Positions 33,959-40,914 of a stretch of DNA of 64,000 bases are shown piece by piece. Positions within the stretch are counted from its first letter, which is position 1; each line of letters starts with the position of its first letter. The DNA comes from Dehalococcoidia bacterium. GTDB taxonomy: Bacteria; Chloroflexota; Dehalococcoidia; Lucifugimonadales; Australimonadaceae. Position numbers and translations under genes: made by a program. The notes under the pieces were generated by a model. It did not search any database and had not been told where the DNA came from. It saw only the letters and a list, made by a program, of their open reading frames with translations. Location of the stretch: the NCBI GenBank assembly GCA_965247635.1, contig CBDFHJ010000007.1, forward strand, positions 132,630-196,629, in the 5' to 3' direction.

Positions 33959-35977
33959 TTGCTGGTTGCTAACACAGCAGAGACCCTGAACGGCAGAGGG
34001 CAGGGCGGTCCCGAGTTCAAGCGGGCCGTCCGGGACTACGTGCGCGCCTACGTGTGGCGACATGGACGGCCGAAGACAGCTGAGGACCTCGGAGTGTCCC
34101 GCCACACACTCTGGCGATTCCTTGAACGGGGCCACATGGGGCTAGCCGTGCCCTCCGCCGTCCTGAACTCTGCCGGCGGGAGCGTCCGAGCGATTGAGAG
34201 TGCCAGGCAGCAGCTGATCATCGACCTGATGGGCCTCAGACCGGACCCTGCCCTGCGTCCCCTGCGCGAGGGTCTTGAGGAGGCGCTCCTGCTGCTCTGC
34301 GCTACACCTCTGTCTACCGTGGACGAGCTGTCGCGGTTGGGCCGCGTTCCCGCCTCCACGCTGCGAGAGCGGCTGGAGAAGCTCGCCAAGCGGGGGTTGG
34401 TGAACTCCGCGCCGCACCATCTGAGCGTGTTGGGGCCTCGCCCGCTGCGCCGGTACTTCCCAACGGAGAAGGGCGTCATCGCCGGGGGAGTAGCCACCAA
34501 GGGCGAGGCGCACATGCTGCGGGCCTACCCGGTGTCGAAACAGTGGGTTCGGCTGTTGGCCGAGCGGCTGGACGCCGTGGCTGTGCTCTACCGCATCGCC
34601 GCCACGGTCGCCGACTCTGATCCGCACAACGATCCTATGCGCGTAGACCACTACCGCAAGGGTCCCTACGACATGCTGCTCACCCTGTCCGGGGGCCGCT
34701 CCATCGGTCTACTGCGCCAGGGGCCGACACTATCCACCTCCAACCTCCGCTACCGCATCAGGAGCATCGAGCGGTTGCACAATGCCGAGAGACCCTTTGT
34801 CACCCTCGTACTGACCCACGCAGACCAGGCCACCCGCCGGGCCATCCGCTCACAGGGCGACCCTTCAGAGCACGGCAGGACATTCGCGGCGACGGAGGGG
34901 GAGCTTCTGGCCGGAGACCACAATGGAGTCGTCTGGCAGCAGTGCGGGAGCGGCCTCGGCGACGAGCCTCCCGTGCGGGTCTCCCCCGACGCCAGCCTGC
35001 CCGGCATCCTGGTGTGGGCGGAGCGCCTGTTGGACTCGTCCTACTCCTTCCTCCGCGACATCCCGAAGCCGAGTCCCGGCGCCCTGTACTCCTCCGGCGT
35101 TCAAGCCTCCATGCCGGAACCGTCGCAGCAGCTAGTGCCGGCCCTCTCAGTGCAGCTGACGCGGGCCGACAAAGAAGCCCTCGACCTGCTGGCCGCCTGG
35201 CCCCTGTGCACCCGTGAGCAGCTTGCAGGGCTGATGGGAGGCGTCACCCTGCGTCGGGTCAACCAGGTGCTCCGTTCCCTGAGCCAACACGGTCTCGTGC
35301 GAGCGGACAGCCCCTTGCACATGCTCACCGACGAGGGGCTTACCTACCTGGCCCGCAGGGACCGGGCCGCTGTCGGGCTCACCCTCGACCGGTGGAGCGC
35401 TGAGCCCTCGTACTCGAACCCTGACGTTTACGCAGGGACCGCGCTGCGCACCCTTGCCTCCCAGCTCCGTCATCACGCCGGCGTCACCGGTTTCGCCACC
35501 GCCCTGTCCACCGAAGTCGCCCGCTCTCCACACCACGACCTGTTTGACCTGCTGCCCACCTCCCGCTCCAGCATCGGCTACCGCTACGACTGGACCACCT
35601 ACGTGATACTCCCTGACGCCTCCTTCACCCTGGAGTACCGGGGCCGGTGGCGTCCCTACCTGCTGGAGTTCGAGCGTCGTGCCACGACACCCAAGCGCAT
35701 TCTCGACCGCCTGGAGTCCTACCGCCGGTACTTCCTGAGCGGCTGGGCGGAGCGGGACCACGGCGGATTCCTGCCCCGGGTGCTCTTCGTCTTCGAGACT
35801 CCCGGCAACGAGGATGCCTTCCTCAATGTCGCTGACAGACTGAACGGGCCGGCCATCATCACCTCTAACGCCGAGGCCCTTGCCGAGCGGGGCATCCTGG
35901 GCGATTCCTGGCGTCTCCCGTCACCGCATCCCTCTGATCGGAGGCCGCTATCCTCCCTGGACCCAGTTGCAGAATGA
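33959..35977 (+). CDS. tandem-duplicated wHTH + replication-relaxation-like protein, 5' end replaced by the IS terminus
   Basis: 672-aa ORF. Both halves have a wHTH (LSTVDELSRLGRVPASTLRERLEKLAKRGLV; CTREQLAGLMGGVTLRRVNQVLRSLSQHGLV) followed by a Replic_Relax-like core (ILPDASFTLEY...LLEFERRATTPKRILDRLESYRRYF). The first 5 codons lie inside the IS inverted repeat and there is no ATG start. Confidence 0.55.
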   Translation: MLVANTAETLNGRGQGGPEFKRAVRDYVRAYVWRHGRPKTAEDLGVSRHTLWRFLERGHMGLAVPSAVLNSAGGSVRAIESARQQLIIDLMGLRPDPALRPLREGLEEALLLLCATPLSTVDELSRLGRVPASTLRERLEKLAKRGLVNSAPHHLSVLGPRPLRRYFPTEKGVIAGGVATKGEAHMLRAYPVSKQWVRLLAERLDAVAVLYRIAATVADSDPHNDPMRVDHYRKGPYDMLLTLSGGRSIGLLRQGPTLSTSNLRYRIRSIERLHNAERPFVTLVLTHADQATRRAIRSQGDPSEHGRTFAATEGELLAGDHNGVVWQQCGSGLGDEPPVRVSPDASLPGILVWAERLLDSSYSFLRDIPKPSPGALYSSGVQASMPEPSQQLVPALSVQLTRADKEALDLLAAWPLCTREQLAGLMGGVTLRRVNQVLRSLSQHGLVRADSPLHMLTDEGLTYLARRDRAAVGLTLDRWSAEPSYSNPDVYAGTALRTLASQLRHHAGVTGFATALSTEVARSPHHDLFDLLPTSRSSIGYRYDWTTYVILPDASFTLEYRGRWRPYLLEFERRATTPKRILDRLESYRRYFLSGWAERDHGGFLPRVLFVFETPGNEDAFLNVADRLNGPAIITSNAEALAERGILGDSWRLPSPHPSDRRPLSSLDPVAE

Positions 35978-36403
35978 CAACTGCCGCCGTTCCAGTCACT
36001 TCCTGTAGGGGACGTCCCAGCATGGCTGCTGGGACCCCTTTGGAGGAGTTCTCCAACCTTCATGCCCCTTCCGCCCTCACGATTGCAATTTGGTGCAGAA
36101 CTGATGCGTCAGGATCTCATCGTTGATACGCCGCACACCGCCCATCCCGACCAGCTGTCAGGTACGGCTCCTAGCGAGAACCACCCCGACTAGGGCCTCG
36201 ACGGACCAGTGCTCTGGGGCCTCGGAAGCATGTTGCACCCATGCACTAAAGCAGTTCCCAGGGTTTCCTATAGGGGACACAAGGGCATTCTCTGCACCTA
36301 CCGTGTCAGCCCCCAACAGGCCGAAACGGGACATTTGTTGCAGCGCTCGGAACCCGCAGATCCTGGCGGCGGCTCCTCCCTGTGTCGGTTGAAGATCGGT
36401 TGG

Positions 36404-36438
36404 CCGGTGGTATATAGTAAGACAGCGTACTATACCGG
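36404..36438. promoter_or_regulatory. imperfect palindrome upstream of the RHH gene (candidate operator/promoter)
   Basis: CCGGTGGTATATAGTA-N8-TACTATACCGG has perfect 7-bp arms (TATAGTA/TACTATA) that are also -10-like. It lies 19 nt upstream of the ATG at 36457. Confidence 0.4.
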
Positions 36439-36456
36439 CAGACGAAAAGAGCAACC

Positions 36457-36690
36457 ATGCCCCCAAAGTCGAGAAGCACCGACACCATCACCTTCTCCCT
36501 GCCACCGGAGATGGCCCAAAATCTGCGGCAGGTGGTCAAGGAGGAGGACCGCACCGTGAGCGAGCTGCTCCGGGAGGCGGTCCGCCTCTACATGGAGGAG
36601 AGGGAGTGGCGAAGACGAGAACGACTCGAAAGACTGCAAACTAGACAGACGGGACATGCCCGAACAGAAGGAGGAAAGGCTGATGAATGA
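36457..36690 (+). CDS. ribbon-helix-helix (CopG/MetJ-type) protein
   Basis: 77 aa. The sequence ITFSLPPEMAQNLRQVVKEEDRTVSELLREAVRLYM is a classic RHH pattern. Its stop overlaps the recombinase start (ATGAATGA). Confidence 0.7.
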   Translation: MPPKSRSTDTITFSLPPEMAQNLRQVVKEEDRTVSELLREAVRLYMEEREWRRRERLERLQTRQTGHARTEGGKADE

Positions 36691-38326
36691 CCGACTTGAT
36701 CTGATACCGGCGGCCCTCTACGCCAGGGTCTCCAGTGACCGCCAGGACGTGGACCTGTCGGTGGCGGCCCAGCTCCGCGCGCTCAGGGACTATGCCGAGA
36801 GGAACGGCTACCTGGTCGCCCGTGAATACGTGGACGAGGCCGAGAGCGGACGCACCGCCAACCGGCCCCAGTTCCGAAGGATGCTGGATGAGGCCGCCAA
36901 GCCGGAGGCTCCCTTCAAGGAGATTCTCGTCTGGAAGTTCTCTCGCTTCACCCGAAAGCGCGAGCACGCCGTCGCCTTCAAGGCCATGCTCCGGCGCAAG
37001 GGCGTGAGGGTGGTCTCCATCACCGAGCACGCCGACGACTCCCCCACCGGCAAGCTCATGGAGGCCATCATAGAGTCTGTGGACGAGTTCTACTCGGAGA
37101 ACCTTGCGCAGGAAGTTGTCAGGGGTATGCGAGAGGCCGCTTCTCGCGGCTTCTGGGTGGCCAGCCGGGTGCCCTACGGCTACCGGAAGCTCATGGTGCA
37201 GGACGGGGCCAAGAAGCGTCCCACCCTCGAACCCGACGCGGCCACCGCTCCCGTGGTGGAGCGCATCTTCAACATGGCCGAGGCGGGCAGGGGCATCCTG
37301 GACATCACCCGCACCCTCAACGACGAGGCATCGCCAACCCCACCGGCAGGCTCTGGTGCAAGAACGGCGTCCACATCATCCTCAGGAATCCTGTCTACAC
37401 GGGAACCTTGGTCTGGGGCACTGATTCCAAGGACAAGGCCGAGCCGGTGCGGGTGGAGAAGGCCTTCCCCGCCATCGTCTCCAAGGCCCAAGTTCAAGCG
37501 GGTGAACCGGAAGCTGCGCTCCCGCGCTCCCAGGAGGACTCATCCCCGCCGGGTCGGGAGTTCCTACCTCCTCAGTGGCCTGGTCAGGTGCAGGGCGTGC
37601 AACCGGGCGCTCAGCGGCCAGGACGCCAAGAGCGGCCGGTTCGCCTACTACGTCTGCCAGTCGATCATGAAGCGCGGCAAGGACGCCTGCGAGACTCCCA
37701 GGCTCAACGCACGCCGTTTCGAGGAAATGGTGGTGGGGAAGATCCGGGAGAACGTGCTCACCGAGTCCAACATCCGCGAACTGGTGAAGCTGGTGGACGA
37801 GGAGATGGACGGCATCGCCCACGAGCAGCGCCAGCGGCTGGAGACCGTCGAGGCGGAGCTTGTGGACGTGAAGCGCAGGCTGGACCGGCTCTACAACCTG
37901 GTGGAGACCACAGACCTGGACGTTGACGACTTCAAGCCCCGCATACGCGAGCACAGGGAGCGGCAGGAGAGGCTTGAAGCCACGGCGGAGGAGGCGAGGG
38001 CGATGCTCTCCCAGCGCAAGGAGGTCCTGGACGATGTGGAGACCATCACGGCCTACGCCCAGGACCTGAGTGTGTTCCTGAACGAGAGCGAGCTGACGGA
38101 GCGCAGGGCATTCATCGAGAGTTTCGTGAAGGAGATCATCGTCATGCCCGACAACGCCGTGGTGCGCTACACGATTCCGATGTCCGACGACAGCCCCATC
38201 CCGGGGAGAGATGCCGAGGAGATGGCCCTGCACGCCCCGGTTCTGTCTACCGTCAAGTTTGGTGGAGCAGGGGATACTGGCAAAAAACTTGCCGATTTCC
38301 CAACCTCGTCATCCGGAGAGGGTTGA
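36683..38326 (+). CDS. large serine recombinase, copy 2, with an internal out-of-frame segment (compensated double frameshift)
   Basis: Paralogous to 11310-12920 (ALYARVSSDRQD, YYVCQ zinc ribbon, coiled coil). Codons at about 37328-37492 read ASPTPPAGSGARTAS..., while another frame gives the expected GIANPTGRLWCKNGVHIILRNPVYTGTLVWG. Confidence 0.8.
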   Translation: MNDRLDLIPAALYARVSSDRQDVDLSVAAQLRALRDYAERNGYLVAREYVDEAESGRTANRPQFRRMLDEAAKPEAPFKEILVWKFSRFTRKREHAVAFKAMLRRKGVRVVSITEHADDSPTGKLMEAIIESVDEFYSENLAQEVVRGMREAASRGFWVASRVPYGYRKLMVQDGAKKRPTLEPDAATAPVVERIFNMAEAGRGILDITRTLNDEASPTPPAGSGARTASTSSSGILSTREPWSGALIPRTRPSRCGWRRPSPPSSPRPKFKRVNRKLRSRAPRRTHPRRVGSSYLLSGLVRCRACNRALSGQDAKSGRFAYYVCQSIMKRGKDACETPRLNARRFEEMVVGKIRENVLTESNIRELVKLVDEEMDGIAHEQRQRLETVEAELVDVKRRLDRLYNLVETTDLDVDDFKPRIREHRERQERLEATAEEARAMLSQRKEVLDDVETITAYAQDLSVFLNESELTERRAFIESFVKEIIVMPDNAVVRYTIPMSDDSPIPGRDAEEMALHAPVLSTVKFGGAGDTGKKLADFPTSSSGEG

Positions 38327-38596
38327 TTCAGGGATCCCGGTGAGACGTCGCATTACGAAGCCGTTGCTATACGTAGGGTGCAGGTCGGCTCCGACTGCTG
38401 AGTGCCAATTCTAGACGTTCATTAGGTCATTCATCGCGATGGCCTGTGGTCCCTGCGGCATAATCGCTTGGACAGCAGAGGGGAGCGCCGCTAAACGGAC
38501 CACTGTGGGATCGGAACGCCCTTGCGTAGACCTCATGCGAACGCCAAAACAGAGCCAACTCTCTTTCCTAGGAAAACCCTTTTGACTCAAGCAAAC

Positions 38597-38824
38597 ATGG
38601 TATCTGACCTCCAGAACCAGCCGATCCGCATGGCGGAGATTCTGAGTGCGTTCTCCTTCGCCACTGACCTGGGCGCCGGCCAACCGATGGGGGATGTTCT
38701 CCGGACGTGTTACGTGGCCATGGCTATCGCGCAGAAACTGAAGCTATCTTCTCAGGAACAGGCCGATGTGTATCACACAGCTTTGCTGGCCCACGCTGGG
38801 TGCACGGCCGGAGCGAGTCTGTGA
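38597..38824 (+). pseudogene. N-terminal fragment of an HD-like/LuxR-associated sensor-domain protein
   Basis: The sequence MAEILSAFSFATDLGAGQPMGDVLRTCYVAMAIAQKL...LLAHAGCTA resembles the N-termini of much longer regulators. The ORF stops at 38824, exactly where GC drops. Confidence 0.35.
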
Positions 38825-39378
38825 GCACAAAAGGAGTGTTGTTCTATTATCCTAACGATCACATCAAAAACGCGGACTTTCGGGAGCGCTTCAAAGAGGC
38901 GATCGCGGATTGCATCACTAATCCCAGTAACACAGATAGTCAGGTGCTGGAGACGATCTCGGGGCGGGGGTCACTTTTTGAAATCATCCAGAAGGACGAG
39001 TTAATGCGACGGTTGGCAGCTCTGACTTCGGAGTGCGATTATAACGACACCTCGCTCAAGGACATCGTGGGCACGATTAGTGATAATGAAAAAAGAGCAC
39101 GGGGCAACTGGCTGACCCCAACCGTTCGATTACGCATGACCGCCGCTGAGTTGTTAGTCACCTGGCGCTACCTCGACAAACCTCAGTCCTTTTATGTTGT
39201 GGGAGAGAATTGTCTCAGGGACCTTATTGAGATGAACTCACAATTGAACGCCTGGGATGCCTCCCCTGATAATACTCAGGAGTGGATCAGGGATCACCTC
39301 GGCGAATTGCGTAACAACCTCCGGGGGTTCAAAAAGAGGATCCTAAACTCCAGCAAAGAGCTTGCTTCCCGTCCGTGA
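38822..39378 (+). CDS. hypothetical protein (low GC)
   Basis: About 185 aa from GTG 38822 (VSTKGVLFYYPNDHIKNADF...). No family was recognised. Its composition is distinct from the flanks. Confidence 0.3.
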
Positions 39379-39477
39379 AGCGGGCTTACCCACCTCTACC
39401 ACCCAACGTCCGCCTGCCAGCGGTAACCCGCCTCTGCAGCCCGGTGAACAGCGCTGGCACGCTAGCAATCATACCGC

Positions 39478-39515
39478 CTACCGTTCATGGTCCGACAGGC
39501 TCACCACGAACGGTC
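39478..39515. repeat. REP-like unit (family B)
   Basis: ccgttcatggtccgacaggctcaccacgaacgg is nearly identical to 42801-42831. Confidence 0.65.
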
Positions 39516-39647
39516 CTTAGCGCGGTCTTGACCCGCTCGTCCTGTCCGATGATGCTTCGCTCATCGAGACTCCTGACGAAGTCGGAGAGCCCGTCGAAGG
39601 ACGAGCTTGCAAGCGAAGAAGCGGCTACGACCCCATGCCTACTTGGC

Positions 39648-40019
39648 CTAGACGTCGCGGGAGAGCTCGATGCGGTTGCCGCCGGGGTCCAGCACGTAGA
39701 GGGAGTACCCTCCGCTGTCGCCGTGGGCTCGCACCTGCTCCACGCTGATCCCGGCGGCCTCCAGCTCCTTGGTGGCGGTTTCCGGATCGTCGGGCCCCTC
39801 GAAGGTGAAGGTGTGGTGCGGCACGCCCGGCCGCGGCCCGTCGGACGCATCAAAGAGGCCCAGCCCGGTATCGCCGACCCGCAGGCGCACCACCGCGGCA
39901 CCACCGATGGTCTGCTCGGAGCGCTCGGCCAGACCGAGCTGGTCGCAGTAAAACCGCACCGTCTCGTCAAAGGGCGCGGCGTTGAGGTTCCAGGAACGCA
40001 GGCCCGTTATACGGAACAT
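39648..40019 (-). CDS. VOC/glyoxalase-family protein
   Basis: 123 aa with the beta-alpha-beta-beta-beta pattern typical of the glyoxalase/bleomycin-resistance fold (HHTFTFEG..., YVLDPGGNRIEL). Confidence 0.7.
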   Translation of the reverse strand: MFRITGLRSWNLNAAPFDETVRFYCDQLGLAERSEQTIGGAAVVRLRVGDTGLGLFDASDGPRPGVPHHTFTFEGPDDPETATKELEAAGISVEQVRAHGDSGGYSLYVLDPGGNRIELSRDV

Positions 40020-40074
40020 AGCTTCACCTCCCGTTACGCAACACAGTGGCCGGTATTCTACTACACGGGATGGT

Positions 40075-40914
40075 CTACACCTTGGCCGCCACCAACAGCC
40101 CGTACCCCAGTGTTCCGTCGGATATCAACGCTTGAACATCGCTCAGCACGCCCTTGGCCCGGTCGATGAGCGCGGGGGCAACGGGCAGCTTGCCGAGCTT
40201 GGCCGCCACCTCCGCCAGCAGCAGCCGTCCCTTGACGTCTCGAACGGTCTGAGCAGCGGCCTCCGGAAGGTCCTCGGCGTGGACTATGGTCAGTCCGGTT
40301 TGCTCCAGCAGCGCCCGATACTCCGCCAGGGGCCGGGCGTCACCCACGCATCCTGCAATGGCCAGCACACCCTGGAGGCCACTGGGTATGGGTCCGTTCA
40401 CGGTGACGTCGGTCAGGGCCAAGCGCCCTCCCCGCCTGAGCGCTCCGCTGAGCCGCCGGAGGGCCGCTTCCTTCGTCGGCAGGATCGACAGCACGCACTC
40501 CATGAGGACCAGGTCGAAAGTTTCAGGCTCCAGCGCGATTTCCAGCACGTCACCGACCGTGAAGGAGACCCGCCCTTCCACGCCTCGTTCCCGGGCGTGC
40601 TCACGGCCGGCCGCCGCACCGGCGTCCTCCAGGGTCAGGCCATCCACCCGGCAGCCCGTTTCGGCAGCCAGGTGCACGGCGCTGGCGCCGCGTCCCGATC
40701 CGACGTCCAGCACCCGAGAGGATTCGCTCACCCCCGCCAGGCGCGCCACATAAGACGTCAAAGCCAGGCCGCCAGGGTGGAAGGAGTCGCCCAGGAGCCA
40801 GCGGGCGGCCGGATGGCTGTACACACCGGCACAGCACGCCGCGACCTGGTCGCTCCATGCCGAGGCCGGAGAAGCAGCACCGGCGATGCCAGGCCTACTA
40901 GCTTGGGAGCGCAT
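40075..40914 (-). CDS. class I SAM-dependent methyltransferase with Cys-containing N-terminus
   Basis: The start was set at ATG 40914, which overlaps the radical-SAM gene end by 17 nt. It has the motifs ACCAGVYSHP...SFHPGGLALT and motif I VLDVGSGRGASAVHLA. Confidence 0.65.
   Translation of the reverse strand: MRSQASRPGIAGAASPASAWSDQVAACCAGVYSHPAARWLLGDSFHPGGLALTSYVARLAGVSESSRVLDVGSGRGASAVHLAAETGCRVDGLTLEDAGAAAGREHARERGVEGRVSFTVGDVLEIALEPETFDLVLMECVLSILPTKEAALRRLSGALRRGGRLALTDVTVNGPIPSGLQGVLAIAGCVGDARPLAEYRALLEQTGLTIVHAEDLPEAAAQTVRDVKGRLLLAEVAAKLGKLPVAPALIDRAKGVLSDVQALISDGTLGYGLLVAAKV

Larger units (their letters stand above)
32430..33974 (+). mobile_element. IS3-family insertion sequence, copy 3 (1545 bp, inverted relative to copies 1 and 2)
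   Basis: It has the same termini as the other copies, an A7 slippery run at 32898-32904, and a premature TGA in orfB. Confidence 0.9.

Noticed and set aside
11270-38465. Possible inverted repeats at the outer flanks of the two recombinases: GATTATGCC + CGATGAACGATC at 11270-11291, versus the reverse complement of 38425-38465.
   Set aside because: The match is only a 9-mer plus a 10/12 match, with different spacing. A chance 9-mer match between two ~250-bp windows is expected about half the time. It needs a proper alignment and an empty-site comparison.
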